A stretch of 64,000 bases of DNA from Candidatus Cloacimonadales bacterium (GCA_963692475.1 OY829950.1:1364554-1428553), one strand, 5' to 3'. Numbered from the stretch's first letter, positions 45,175 through 56,005 are shown. Notes: generated by a model not told the origin, from the letters alone. A program made the numbers and translations.

Positions 45175-48100
45175 TTAAAAATCTAACAAGTCTTCTAATG
45201 ACTCGTCGTCTGTTTCGTGAGCTAAATGCTCAACCATTTCGGCAACCGTTTTGCCGCTCTTTTCTAATTCCTTGATCTTGTTGGTATAGAACTTAGAGCC
45301 TGTTCCAACAGGGATTTTGTGACCAAGTATAATGCTTTCTTTTAGACCTTCTAAGTTATCAACTTTGCCTTCAACAGCAGCTTGAGTGAGGACCTTAGTA
45401 GTCTCCATGAACGAAGCTGCAGAAAGCCATGATTCTGTCAACAAAGAAGTTTTAGTAATACCGAGAAGAAGTTGTTCGAATGTAGCACCTTTGCCACCTA
45501 AAGCTTCTTGCTTAGCATTTTCTTTTGTAGCTATTAGCTTGTCTACTGTATCACCTTCAAGGAAATAAGTATCACCTGGGTCAAGAATTTTTACTTTCTT
45601 GAACATCTGTCTTACAATCACACCGATGTGTTTATCATCGATTTTAACACCTTGTTTACGATAAACTTCTTGGATTTCATCTAAGATAAGTTTTTGAGCT
45701 TCTTTAATACCACGAATTCTAAGAATATCATGTGGGTCGATAGGACCATCACAAAGAGCAGTACCAGAATTAACATTATCACCTTCGTGAATAATGATTC
45801 TCTTACCAATAGGAATAACATGATTCCTACCAGCTAACGCCTGCCCACTTGTTACCTTAGTTCCACTAGGTAAGATAGCTTCCTGTCCTGTGGCAATATA
45901 ATGAATAAAACCACCGAGGACATCACCTTTTTTAACATTATTTCCAAGTAAGTTAAATGGTTTATGACCATCACTAACAATGTAAACATCTACACCTGAT
46001 TTACGGGTTGATTTAGGTTCAACAGTAACTTGGAAACCCTCATCAATTTTTTCAATTTTGATAACTTTACCAGCATTTTTTGTTTTAACACCACTATTTG
46101 GAATAACTCTAATAGTTGGTGAATATGTTTTTGAACCAGCAATAGCATCATTCTTTTGAATTCTCTGACCAACATAGGTTATTAATCCGATATCTTGACC
46201 ATCTTCACATTCTACAATACTAACATTACCTTCATCATCTTTTATAGAAACTCTAGCAATTTTGCTATCAATTTCAATAGAAATAATTGTTCCAGTAATA
46301 GGTGATAAAGTTTCATTTCCAGACTTAATAATATTGCTTGATGAGATCATTGGTAGATCATCAACAGCTTGCATTATGCCGTCTTCTAAAGCAAATACTC
46401 CTGTAGGAGGGGTAATAAAAATATCACGACCATTACGCTTTAAGTTACCAATTGAGATTCTACCTTCAATTTCAGAGATAACAGCTTTTTCTTTAGGAAT
46501 TCTTGCTTCAAAGAGGTCTTCAACACGTGGAAGACCACCGGTAATATCACCCTGTTTAATAGTAACACGAGATGTCTGTCCGATCTTTTGACCTACTTGA
46601 ACAGTTGACCCGTCATCAACCAAGACATTAAGACCAGTTTGAAGAGGAACTAACACTGTCTGTCCATCATCAGTCTCAATTTTAAACTGTGGTTGAATTC
46701 TATCTTTAGATTCAATTATAGTAATCTCTTTACTGCCTGTTAAATCGTTGAATTCTTCTTTATAAGTAACATTCTTTACGAAATTATCATGATAGAGAAC
46801 ACCTTTAACAGTTGAAATAAGAGTATTATTATACTGATCCCAAGAAAATAATTTTGTGTCTGCAACAACTTTCTGACCATCTTTGATTTCAATTATTGCA
46901 GCATACTCAACTTTATACTCTTCTAAGATTAACTCTGAATCTGGCTCAGGTACAACATATAGTTTACCCAAGTGAGATGAAGAGATCATCTGTCCTTGAC
47001 TATTAACAACAAATTGAACATTCTCAAATCTGATGTAACCATCATTTTTAGCTTCAACAGATGCTGAATCAACATCAGTTGAGGCAGTACCACCAATATG
47101 GAAAGTTCTTAGAGTAAGCTGAGTTCCCGGTTCACCAATAGATTGAGCAGCAATGATACCAACAGGTTCACCAGCTGCCACTGGTTTATGGGTTGAAAGG
47201 TTGATACCATAACATTTGGCACAAATTCCTTTCTCTGATTGACATGTCAATACTGATCTAACTCTAACACTTAACACACCGTGTTTTTGAATAACTTCAG
47301 CCATTTCTGCTGATATCTCTTCCCCACCATGAACAATTATTTGTCCTGTCCGAGGATCTTCAACATCATCAACCGCTGTTCTACCAGTAATTCTGTCTTT
47401 TAAAGATTCAATAACTTCATTACCTTCTTTAAGAGCTGACATAATAATGCCGTCAATAGTTCCACAATCATCTTCAACAATCATAGCATTTTGAGCAACA
47501 TCAACTAATCTTCTTGTTAAGTAACCAGCTCCAGCTGTTTTCAAAGCAGTATCAGCAAGTCCCTTTCTTGAACCGTGTGTAGAAATAAAGAATTCTAAAA
47601 CACTTAAACCTTCTTTAAAGTTAGATTTAATCGGTGTTTCAATAACTTCATTTCCACCACCCTTAGCTGAAGGCTTGTCCATAAGTCCACGCATACCACC
47701 AAGCTGTTTAATCTGAGTTTTACTACCACGAGCTCCAGATAGATACATCATGTAAATTGAGTTATACCCACCTTCACTAACCTTTAACTCTTCCATTAAA
47801 CTGTCAGTCACTTCTTCAGTAGCAATTTTCCAGCTATCAACAATACGAGACGAACGTTCATTGTCTGTGATCACACCCATATTGTATGTGTCGGTAATTT
47901 CGTCAACAACCCTTTGGGTATCTTCGATAATTTTGTATTTCTTTTTAGGAACGATAATATCACCAAAACTAAAGGTAATACCACCACGAGTAGCATATTT
48001 GAAACCTGTTTCCTTCATCTTATCTAAGAAGATGGCAGTTTCCCATTGTCCTACTTTATGGAAGCAATCCATAGCAATATCATTCAACGAACCTTTATCA

Positions 48101-49920
48101 AATACTTTATTTTGGAAAGGAATTGACTCTGGTAAAGCTAAATTAAATAGAACTCTACCAACAGTTGTAATCAACCATTTTCCTTTAATTTTAATTTTAA
48201 TCCAAGTGTGAAGATTTAAAGTTCTCTTCTCAATGTCCATTAATCTCTTCTCTTCAGAATTTCTTTTCTGGTCATAGAGCATCTCTTCTTGTTCGTAATG
48301 ATTAACCATTTCTTCAACACTACCGAACCACTTGAGTTTTCTTATAGCCTCTTCACTTGTAGGCTCAGGACTTCCTTCCATAGTTAGATAGAAACAACCA
48401 AGCACGATATCTTGAGAAGGAGCCATAGCGAGGCGACCACTGGCTGGGAGCAACAAGTTTCTTGATGATAACATCAAAACACGAGCTTCCATCCTTGCTT
48501 CTTGAGAAAGCGGAATATAACAACCCATTTGGTCACCGTCAAAGTCAGCATTAAATGGTGTACATACCATTGGATGCAGCTGTAAAGATTTTCCTTCAGT
48601 TAATACTGGCATAAAGGCTTGAATACCTAATCTGTGAAGAGTAGGAGCTCTATTAAGCATAACTGGATAATCTCTAACAACTTCTTCTAAGATTTTCCAA
48701 ATTTCAGGTTGCTTTTTCTCAACCATCTTTTTCGCAGTTTTGGTCTTTTCAGCTGTTCCCATTTTTTCTAATCTTTCAATAATGAAAGGTTTGAATAATT
48801 CAACAGCCATCTCTTTTGGTAAACCCATTTCGTAGATTTTTAAGTGAGGACCAACAGTTATAACTGAACGACCTGAATAATCCACACGTTTACCAAGAAG
48901 GTTTTGACGGAAACGACCTTGCTTACCTTTAAGTTGATCAGTAAGACTCTTTAAGGCTCTGTTTCCTCTACCCTTAACTGGTCTTGCTTTCTTAGAGTTA
49001 TCTATTAAAGCATCAACTGCTTCCTGAAGCATTCTCTTTTCATTCCTTAGAATAACCTCGGGTGCTCGAATTTCTATTAGACCTTTTAATCTATTATTTC
49101 TTGTTATTACACGTCTGTATAAATCATTAAAGTCAGCTGTCGCGAATCTTCCACCATCAAGAGGAACTAAAGGTCTCAAAGTAGGAGGAAGTACTGGTAA
49201 TACTTCTAAAATCATCCATTCAGGCTTATTACCTGATTGTCTGAAAGCTTCTACTACCTTAAGTCGTTTAATCATCTTTTGCTTACGCATTGTAGATGTT
49301 TCCCATTTGATTCTGGTTCTTAAATCAGCAGCTATATCATCAAGATTTAAGGATTGAAGCATCTCTTTGATAGCTTCAGCACCTATTTTAGCAGAGAATT
49401 CAGTGTCTCGTGATACTTGGTCACGTATTTCATAAAATTCTTCTGTATCAATAAGCTCACCTATCGCATAATCTTGTTCTCCTGGATTTAAAACAACATA
49501 AGATTCATATACTAATATTTTTTCTAAGTTACTAATTGTTAGACCTAAGAGAGTACCAATCTTACTTGGTGCACTCTTTACAAAAGAGATATGAGCTACA
49601 GGAACAGCTAAATCAATATGTCCCATTCTCGTTCTTCTTACTCTTGATGAAGTTACTTCAACTCCACAACGGTCACAAATAGTACCAGCAAATCTTTTTT
49701 TCTTATACTTTCCACATGAGCATTCGTAATCTTTTTCCGGTCCAAATATTCTTTCGCAGAAAAGCCCATCTTTCTCCGGTTTTAGGGTACGATAGTTTAA
49801 GGTATCAGGTTTTACAACCTCTCCATAAGACCAACTTCTTATTGCATCCGGGGAAGCAATACGAATACGAACGGCATCATAATTTTCTATCTTTTTTTCT
49901 CGTTTAATGTTTCTATTCAC
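45175..49920 (-). CDS. rpoC: DNA-directed RNA polymerase subunit beta' (long form, 1581 aa)
   Basis: Zn finger CSCGKYKKKRFAGTICDRCGV, catalytic NADFDGDQM, and GGLPRVEDLFEAR. Extra ~185 aa near the C-terminal third (see findings). Confidence 0.97.
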   Translation of the reverse strand: MNRNIKREKKIENYDAVRIRIASPDAIRSWSYGEVVKPDTLNYRTLKPEKDGLFCERIFGPEKDYECSCGKYKKKRFAGTICDRCGVEVTSSRVRRTRMGHIDLAVPVAHISFVKSAPSKIGTLLGLTISNLEKILVYESYVVLNPGEQDYAIGELIDTEEFYEIRDQVSRDTEFSAKIGAEAIKEMLQSLNLDDIAADLRTRIKWETSTMRKQKMIKRLKVVEAFRQSGNKPEWMILEVLPVLPPTLRPLVPLDGGRFATADFNDLYRRVITRNNRLKGLIEIRAPEVILRNEKRMLQEAVDALIDNSKKARPVKGRGNRALKSLTDQLKGKQGRFRQNLLGKRVDYSGRSVITVGPHLKIYEMGLPKEMAVELFKPFIIERLEKMGTAEKTKTAKKMVEKKQPEIWKILEEVVRDYPVMLNRAPTLHRLGIQAFMPVLTEGKSLQLHPMVCTPFNADFDGDQMGCYIPLSQEARMEARVLMLSSRNLLLPASGRLAMAPSQDIVLGCFYLTMEGSPEPTSEEAIRKLKWFGSVEEMVNHYEQEEMLYDQKRNSEEKRLMDIEKRTLNLHTWIKIKIKGKWLITTVGRVLFNLALPESIPFQNKVFDKGSLNDIAMDCFHKVGQWETAIFLDKMKETGFKYATRGGITFSFGDIIVPKKKYKIIEDTQRVVDEITDTYNMGVITDNERSSRIVDSWKIATEEVTDSLMEELKVSEGGYNSIYMMYLSGARGSKTQIKQLGGMRGLMDKPSAKGGGNEVIETPIKSNFKEGLSVLEFFISTHGSRKGLADTALKTAGAGYLTRRLVDVAQNAMIVEDDCGTIDGIIMSALKEGNEVIESLKDRITGRTAVDDVEDPRTGQIIVHGGEEISAEMAEVIQKHGVLSVRVRSVLTCQSEKGICAKCYGINLSTHKPVAAGEPVGIIAAQSIGEPGTQLTLRTFHIGGTASTDVDSASVEAKNDGYIRFENVQFVVNSQGQMISSSHLGKLYVVPEPDSELILEEYKVEYAAIIEIKDGQKVVADTKLFSWDQYNNTLISTVKGVLYHDNFVKNVTYKEEFNDLTGSKEITIIESKDRIQPQFKIETDDGQTVLVPLQTGLNVLVDDGSTVQVGQKIGQTSRVTIKQGDITGGLPRVEDLFEARIPKEKAVISEIEGRISIGNLKRNGRDIFITPPTGVFALEDGIMQAVDDLPMISSSNIIKSGNETLSPITGTIISIEIDSKIARVSIKDDEGNVSIVECEDGQDIGLITYVGQRIQKNDAIAGSKTYSPTIRVIPNSGVKTKNAGKVIKIEKIDEGFQVTVEPKSTRKSGVDVYIVSDGHKPFNLLGNNVKKGDVLGGFIHYIATGQEAILPSGTKVTSGQALAGRNHVIPIGKRIIIHEGDNVNSGTALCDGPIDPHDILRIRGIKEAQKLILDEIQEVYRKQGVKIDDKHIGVIVRQMFKKVKILDPGDTYFLEGDTVDKLIATKENAKQEALGGKGATFEQLLLGITKTSLLTESWLSAASFMETTKVLTQAAVEGKVDNLEGLKESIILGHKIPVGTGSKFYTNKIKELEKSGKTVAEMVEHLAHETDDESLEDLLDF

Positions 49921-49952
49921 TGAGAAATCCTCCGTTTCTGTTCCAACGATTT

Positions 49953-52900
49953 CTACTCATCTTTCAAGAACTCTATATCAAAAGCAAGAGACTTTAATTC
50001 ACTAATTAAGACATTAAATGATTCAGGAGTACCTGGAGCAGGTGGATTCTGTCCATTAGTTATTGCTTTAAAAGCATTAGTTCTTCCATCGACATCATCA
50101 GATTTGATAGTTAGCATCTCTTCTAAAAGATGAGCGGCACCATAAGCTTCTAAAGCCCATACCTCCATCTCTCCAAGACGCTGTCCACCATGTTGAGCTT
50201 TACCACCAAGAGGCTGTTGGGTAATCAATGAATATGGACCTGTTGATCTTGCATGCATCTTATCTGCAACCAAATGATTAAGTTTCATCATATACATAAC
50301 ACCAACTGTAACCCTCTCTTTAAAAGGTTCACCTGTTTTTCCATCATATAATACTTGTTTACCATCAGTAGGTAAATTAGCTTCTTTAAGTTCCGCTTCA
50401 ATATCTTCAATTTTGGCACCATCAAAAATAGGTGTTTCCACATGGAATCCTAAAGTTTTTGCTGCCATACCAAGGTGAGTTTCCATGATCTGACCAATAT
50501 TCATACGAGAAGGAACACCAAGCGGATTCAAAACGATATCAACAGGAGTACCATCACTCATAAATGGCATATCCTCTATTGGGGCTACGATTGATATAAC
50601 ACCTTTGTTACCATGTCGTCCCGCCATCTTATCACCGACTTGAATTTTTCTCTTTTTAGCAATATAGACTTTAACCATCTTGCGAACACCATAAGGGAGT
50701 TCATCACCATGTTTGATTCTATCTCTTGACTTCTTATAGATATTTTCGCTCTCTTCCATAGCTTCATTTACTTTTAAAGCTACAGTTTTGTAAATTTCTC
50801 TATATTTCTCAGGGTCTGCAACCATTTCAACATCTAAATTAACTCTTGAGAAGTTAATCTTTTCTAAATCAGATGCTGTAATTTTCTTTCCGGAAAGAAT
50901 ATAAAATCTTCCATCTTTAGAATCAACAATATTCTTAGCAACTTCACCCAAAAGGAGTTCGCTAAGTTTGTCTTTCTTAAAGGCTTCAATTTTTTTCTTT
51001 CTTTCTATATTATCTTTCTTGAGTTTAGCAATTTGAGCTTTGTGGTCTTCTTCGAATTCGATCATATCTTCATAACGAGAGAAAACTTTAACATCAAGAA
51101 CTACACCTTCCATTCCAGGTTTAGCTTTTAATGAACTATTAGTGTAATCTCCAGCTCTATCACCGAATAAGGCACGCATCAAATTCTCTTCAGGAGAAGG
51201 GTCTATTTCCACTGATTTTGGTGTGATTTTACCAACAATAATATCACCTGCAGTAATCACAGAACCAACTCTGATAATACCTGATTTATCTAAATTTCTT
51301 AATGAATTAACAGGAACATTTGGTATATCACTTGCTAATTCTTCTTTACCATTTTTTAAATCTCTTACTAATACTTCCAATTCTTCAATATAGATTGAAG
51401 TAAGAGTATCTTTTCTTGCTACATGTTCACTTAAAATAATAGCATCTTCATAGTTATATCCATACCAAGGCATAAAAGCAACAACCATATTAGTTCCTAA
51501 AGCCAATCTATCACCTTCAATACCAGGTCCATCTGATATTGGCTGACCTTTCTTAACTTTTTCACCAATTTTGACTATTGGGCGTTGGTTGATACAAGTA
51601 TCTTGATTTGATCTAACATATTTCTTAAGATAAATTCTTTCATCTCCAATCAAATCAATGTTATCCGTTGTGGAATCTGGTTTTATGTCAATATATTCAG
51701 AAGTTACACTTGTCACTTCTCCATCATATTGAGCCAAGATAACTGCACCGGACTCACGTGCTACTATTTTCTCTATACCAGTACCAATGATAGGTGTTTG
51801 AGGATTCAATAAAGGTACAGATTGTCTCTGCATGTTAGAACCCATCAAAGCACGGTTAGCATCATCATGTTCCAAGAAAGGAACTAATGCTGCTGATACT
51901 GATACAACTTGCTGTGGTGATACATCAATGTAATCTATCTGTTCTGGTGTAACATTGACATATTCATCTTTTTCACGAGCAAATATATATTTATCTGTAA
52001 TTACTAAATTATCATCAATATTTACATGTTGAGCAATGATATATTTATCTTCTTCATGAGCGTCTAAATAATCAACTCTACTTGTAATAACACCATTTTC
52101 TACCTTAATATAAGGTGTTTCCAAGAATCCAAACTCATTAATACGTGAATAAATCGCAGGTGAGTTTAAAAGACCAATACTTGGACCTTCAGGTGTTTCA
52201 ATAGGACAGATTCTTCCATAATGAGAATAATGAATATCACGAACTTCGAAACCTGCTCTATCACGAGCCAAACCACCTGGTCCTAACGCAGACAATCGTC
52301 TCTTATGTGTTAGGGCTGAAAGTGGATTTGTTTGATCCATAAATTGAGATAGCTGACCTGTTAAGAAGAAAGAATCAATAACAGTTATCAGTGCATTACT
52401 GTTTATCAAATCATGAACAGTAACTTCATCTGGATTTGCTATTGCCATTCTCTCTAAGGCGATTCTTGCTATCATAGCCAGACCGGTTTTATATTGTTCT
52501 TCCAATAATTCACCAACAGTTCTGACTCTTCTATTTGCAAGGTGATCTATATCATCTACATCTTTCTCATCTTTAAAGATACTGATCATGTACTGAATGA
52601 TTTCTGTAAAATCTCTTTGGGTAAGAACATTTGTTCCATAATCATGCTCAAAATCTAATTTAGCATTTAATTTATGGCGTCCAACATTTCCAAGATTATA
52701 TCTCTTTGAATTGAAGAACATCTTATCTATGAGATCCATTGCATTTTCAATCGGTACTTCATCTTCACCTGGGCGTACCAAGCTGTAGATTTTTTGAGCA
52801 GCCTCTTCTTGATTTCTCGAAGGGTCTTTTAGAAGTGTTTTCTCGAGAATCTTGCGGTTGAAGTCGCTATCTTCAGAAACTACTTTAACTGTTATGACAC

Positions 52901-54197
52901 CCTTATCTTTAAGGTCTGCAATCAGCTCTTTATCAATTTGAGTGTTTGCTTCAGCTAATAATGCTCCATCAGAACCAATAATTTCATAAGCAGTAAATCT
53001 CTTTTCTGCTTTTTCTAATGGTAACTCTTCGATATCATAAAACACTTCTCTAAGAACTCTATCAGTAGAGATATATTTGTTGCTAATAGTGTCTATTTCA
53101 ATAATACCTGCACTTAATAATTCTTCTACTAATTCATTATTTAGTTTGGTTTTTGCTTTTACTATTAGTTTATCTTCTTGTCCTTCACGTGGATCATACA
53201 CATCTGAATAGACATAGCTGTTTTTGGCTTTTAAAGAAACATTACCTTTTTCATCAGATAAACGCAAGGTTTCTCTTGCTTCCGGAATTTCAGTATAATT
53301 TTCAGGAATATAGCCAACAGATCTTAAGAGAATAGATACCGGTAGTTTTCTTCGTTTATCTATATTTACATAGACAACATCATGTATGTCGATATGGAAT
53401 TCTAACCAGCTTCCATTATATGGAATTATTTTCGATGATATAAGCATCTTGCCACTTGGGTGCTTTTCTTCAGAGAAGTAAACACCTGGTGAGCGTTGTA
53501 ACTGTGATATAATGACTCTTTCAGCTCCATTGATTACAAAAGTACCTTGCTCTGTAATCAAAGGAATATCACCTAAGAAAACTTCTTGTTCCATTATATC
53601 TCTCAGAGTTCTTGTTTTATCAATCCTCTTTTGGATTCTTCCTGTTACTCCGAAAGTTTTTAAGGTGTTTAGAATTTGTTTTGCATCTTCAGCTTCATCG
53701 CAGGAATTAATTATCCTGTTTGTATCTTCATTTGTTTCTACTGCTTCCAGTATATTTGTAGCTGAAACTTCATCCCAATTTAGTCCTGTTATCAAAAACT
53801 GCTTAACATCATTTACATTACTACCGACACTGTCTACAATAATATCAAAATTTTCATCTTCTTCAACTTCATAGACTTTTAATCTTAATTTAATTTTTAA
53901 GGGAACTTGGTACGATAAATTTCTTTCAATACATTCATCAATTGAATATTTTTCTTTTAAGATTCGGTATTCTACAAATTCTAACTCGTAGTTTTCTTTA
54001 GGGTCTGTTATGGGAAATAAATTCTCAAAAACAGCTTGCAATCCGAAATTCTTTCGCTGTTGGGGATGAACATCTTTCTGGATAAAATCTTCAAAAGAAT
54101 CTACCTGCATAGATAGAAGGTTTGGAACTTCTACTTGAGGTATTCCCAACTCAATAAATTTCTTGGATATTCTGGAATAACTTTTGAACTTTTTCAA
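49953..54197 (-). CDS. rpoB: DNA-directed RNA polymerase subunit beta (1414 aa)
   Basis: GTFVINGAERVIISQLQRSPGVYF, SQLSQFMDQTNPLS, PFLEHDDANRALMGSNMQRQ and GRHGNKGV. Lineage-specific insertion at residues ~111-199. Confidence 0.97.
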   Translation of the reverse strand: MKKFKSYSRISKKFIELGIPQVEVPNLLSMQVDSFEDFIQKDVHPQQRKNFGLQAVFENLFPITDPKENYELEFVEYRILKEKYSIDECIERNLSYQVPLKIKLRLKVYEVEEDENFDIIVDSVGSNVNDVKQFLITGLNWDEVSATNILEAVETNEDTNRIINSCDEAEDAKQILNTLKTFGVTGRIQKRIDKTRTLRDIMEQEVFLGDIPLITEQGTFVINGAERVIISQLQRSPGVYFSEEKHPSGKMLISSKIIPYNGSWLEFHIDIHDVVYVNIDKRRKLPVSILLRSVGYIPENYTEIPEARETLRLSDEKGNVSLKAKNSYVYSDVYDPREGQEDKLIVKAKTKLNNELVEELLSAGIIEIDTISNKYISTDRVLREVFYDIEELPLEKAEKRFTAYEIIGSDGALLAEANTQIDKELIADLKDKGVITVKVVSEDSDFNRKILEKTLLKDPSRNQEEAAQKIYSLVRPGEDEVPIENAMDLIDKMFFNSKRYNLGNVGRHKLNAKLDFEHDYGTNVLTQRDFTEIIQYMISIFKDEKDVDDIDHLANRRVRTVGELLEEQYKTGLAMIARIALERMAIANPDEVTVHDLINSNALITVIDSFFLTGQLSQFMDQTNPLSALTHKRRLSALGPGGLARDRAGFEVRDIHYSHYGRICPIETPEGPSIGLLNSPAIYSRINEFGFLETPYIKVENGVITSRVDYLDAHEEDKYIIAQHVNIDDNLVITDKYIFAREKDEYVNVTPEQIDYIDVSPQQVVSVSAALVPFLEHDDANRALMGSNMQRQSVPLLNPQTPIIGTGIEKIVARESGAVILAQYDGEVTSVTSEYIDIKPDSTTDNIDLIGDERIYLKKYVRSNQDTCINQRPIVKIGEKVKKGQPISDGPGIEGDRLALGTNMVVAFMPWYGYNYEDAIILSEHVARKDTLTSIYIEELEVLVRDLKNGKEELASDIPNVPVNSLRNLDKSGIIRVGSVITAGDIIVGKITPKSVEIDPSPEENLMRALFGDRAGDYTNSSLKAKPGMEGVVLDVKVFSRYEDMIEFEEDHKAQIAKLKKDNIERKKKIEAFKKDKLSELLLGEVAKNIVDSKDGRFYILSGKKITASDLEKINFSRVNLDVEMVADPEKYREIYKTVALKVNEAMEESENIYKKSRDRIKHGDELPYGVRKMVKVYIAKKRKIQVGDKMAGRHGNKGVISIVAPIEDMPFMSDGTPVDIVLNPLGVPSRMNIGQIMETHLGMAAKTLGFHVETPIFDGAKIEDIEAELKEANLPTDGKQVLYDGKTGEPFKERVTVGVMYMMKLNHLVADKMHARSTGPYSLITQQPLGGKAQHGGQRLGEMEVWALEAYGAAHLLEEMLTIKSDDVDGRTNAFKAITNGQNPPAPGTPESFNVLISELKSLAFDIEFLKDE

Positions 54198-54341
54198 AAG
54201 CCCACTCCTTTATAATGTTCATAGATTAAAGATCGACTGTTGTTTTTTTTAACAAAAAAACGAAACCATTTATCAGTTAAATTCATTTAACAAGGCTTTG
54301 ATTTCGAAACTATGTTTTCTAATAACTTAAAATAAAATAGG

Positions 54342-54366
54342 GAAATGAGCCTTCCGGCTCACTTCC
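54342..54366 (-). terminator. hairpin attenuator/terminator between rplL and rpoB
   Basis: On the minus strand there is an 11-bp stem (one G.U) closed by a GGAA tetraloop, then CUAUUUUAUUUU. This is the position of the classical rplL-rpoB attenuator. Confidence 0.5.
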
Positions 54367-54389
54367 ATCTATACTAGTTTCTAATTGTT

Positions 54390-54755
54390 TTATTTGACTT
54401 CTACTGTTGCACCAGCTTCTTCAAATGTTTTCTTCATTGCTTCAGCTTCATCTTTAGTAATGCCTTCTGCAACTTTTTGTGGAGCTGTATCTACCATATC
54501 TTTAGCTTCTTTTAAACCAAGTTTGGTGATTTCTCTTACAGCTTTAATTACATTAATCTTTTTGGCTCCTGCGCTTACAAGAATAACATCAAATTCTGTT
54601 TTTTCTTCTACAGCTTCTGCAGGTCCTGCAGCTACAGCAACAGCAGCTGCTGCTGATACACCAAAAATTTCTTCCATTTCAGTAACTAATTCGGATAACT
54701 CCATTACACTCATCTCTTTTACAAGATCAATAATTTGCTGTTTTTTATCGGACAT
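54390..54755 (-). CDS. rplL: 50S ribosomal protein L7/L12
   Basis: Start placed at the ATG at 54755 ([12 protein letters not shown]...), 6 nt after GGAGG. The track start at 54767 lies within the RBS. Ala-rich hinge and canonical CTD. Confidence 0.95.
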   Translation of the reverse strand: MSDKKQQIIDLVKEMSVMELSELVTEMEEIFGVSAAAAVAVAAGPAEAVEEKTEFDVILVSAGAKKINVIKAVREITKLGLKEAKDMVDTAPQKVAEGITKDEAEAMKKTFEEAGATVEVK

Positions 54756-54778
54756 GTATTCCTCCATGATTATATTTT

Positions 54779-55288
54779 TTATTCAGCTTTTGCTTCTTCG
54801 TCTTTTTTAGCTATCGCATCAATTAAGCGTACGAAGCTTGATATTGGGGCTTTCATGCTACCAAACATTTTAGCCAACAATACATCTTTAGACGGTATTT
54901 TAGAAAGTTTACTAAGATCTTCTTTTAAATATAGAATTCCATCAACTAATCCAGCTTTAAATGTTGGAAATGGCTTTTCTTCCATAACTTCTTTTACGAA
55001 GGTTGCCATTTCTCTTGCTGCAGATATTTCATCACTTTTACAGACAGCTACACCTGTTGGCCCTTTTAAATAAGAATCTAAATCTTTGATTCCTAATTCA
55101 TTAAGAGCTATCTTTATTAAAGTGTTCTTCTGTACAAAATAATCAACATCATTATCTCTGAATCTTTTGCGAAGGTTATCTACTTCTTCAATATTTATTC
55201 CCTTATAATCTACTAAGACTATCGCTTTAGCACTGTCAAGTCGCTCTTTAATTTCACTTACTAAATTCTTTTTATAAGGTTGTACCAT
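54779..55288 (-). CDS. rplJ: 50S ribosomal protein L10
   Basis: 169 aa, positioned between rplA and rplL. Block [23 protein letters not shown]. Confidence 0.93.
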   Translation of the reverse strand: MVQPYKKNLVSEIKERLDSAKAIVLVDYKGINIEEVDNLRKRFRDNDVDYFVQKNTLIKIALNELGIKDLDSYLKGPTGVAVCKSDEISAAREMATFVKEVMEEKPFPTFKAGLVDGILYLKEDLSKLSKIPSKDVLLAKMFGSMKAPISSFVRLIDAIAKKDEEAKAE

Positions 55289-55297
55289 TTTCCTCTC

Positions 55298-56005
55298 CTA
55301 TGATTTAGCTTCTAAGGTTACACCAGCAACATCAAGTTTTACACCTGGGCCCATGGTTGAGGTCAATGTCATGCTTTTGATAAAGGTACCCTTCACTGTA
55401 GAAGGTCTATCTTTCAAAATTGCTGCAATAATTGTGATTAAGTTTTCTTTAATGCTTGCAAGTTCAAAACTTAATTTGCCTGCAGGTACATGTATGTTAG
55501 AAAATTTATCAACCCTATATACGACTTTACCGGATTTTGCTTCTCTTACTGCTGTTTCTACATCCATAGTAACGGTTCCAACTTTAGGGTTAGGCATAAG
55601 ACCTCTTGGTCCTAAAACTCTACCTAATCTACCAATCTTTCCCATTAAATTTGGTGTAGCAATTACAGTATCGAATTCCATCCAACTATCTTTGGTTATT
55701 TTGTCAATATACTCATCGACACCAACGAATTCTGCACCAGCTGCCTTAGCTTGGTCTGCTTTTTCTCCTTCAGCAAAAACTAAAACTCTTACTTGTTTTC
55801 CAGTTCCATGAGGAAGAACAAGTGAGCTTCTAATTTGCTGATCAGCCTTTCTAGGATCTACGCCAAGATTCATATGAATTTCTACTGTTTCATCAAATTT
55901 TGTTACAGGAAGTTCCTTTAACAAATTTATAGCAGTTGTTAAATCATATCTACTTTGACGATCAATCTTTGAAAATGCTTCTTTGTAGCGTTTACTTCTC
56001 TTCAT
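55298..56005 (-). CDS. rplA: 50S ribosomal protein L1
   Basis: [35 protein letters not shown]. Confidence 0.96.
   Translation of the reverse strand: MKRSKRYKEAFSKIDRQSRYDLTTAINLLKELPVTKFDETVEIHMNLGVDPRKADQQIRSSLVLPHGTGKQVRVLVFAEGEKADQAKAAGAEFVGVDEYIDKITKDSWMEFDTVIATPNLMGKIGRLGRVLGPRGLMPNPKVGTVTMDVETAVREAKSGKVVYRVDKFSNIHVPAGKLSFELASIKENLITIIAAILKDRPSTVKGTFIKSMTLTSTMGPGVKLDVAGVTLEAKS

Noticed and set aside
46262-48211. Antisense ORFs inside rpoC and rpoB (46262-46591, 47861-48211, 53512-53874, 45386-45568, 49716-49907, 53153-53335).
   Set aside because: These are shadow ORFs within unmistakable rpoB/rpoC coding sequence, with no start context and no recognisable motifs.
54385-54810. 141-aa plus-strand ORF opposite rplL. 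There are similar long antisense ORFs at 54735-55073, 55353-55811, 56110-56346 and 57961-58227.
   Set aside because: They lie exactly antisense to highly conserved ribosomal/EF-Tu genes. Their translations are low-complexity (Ser/Ala/Thr/Ile-rich) mirror images and they have no RBS. This is the classic shadow-ORF artefact of biased codon usage.
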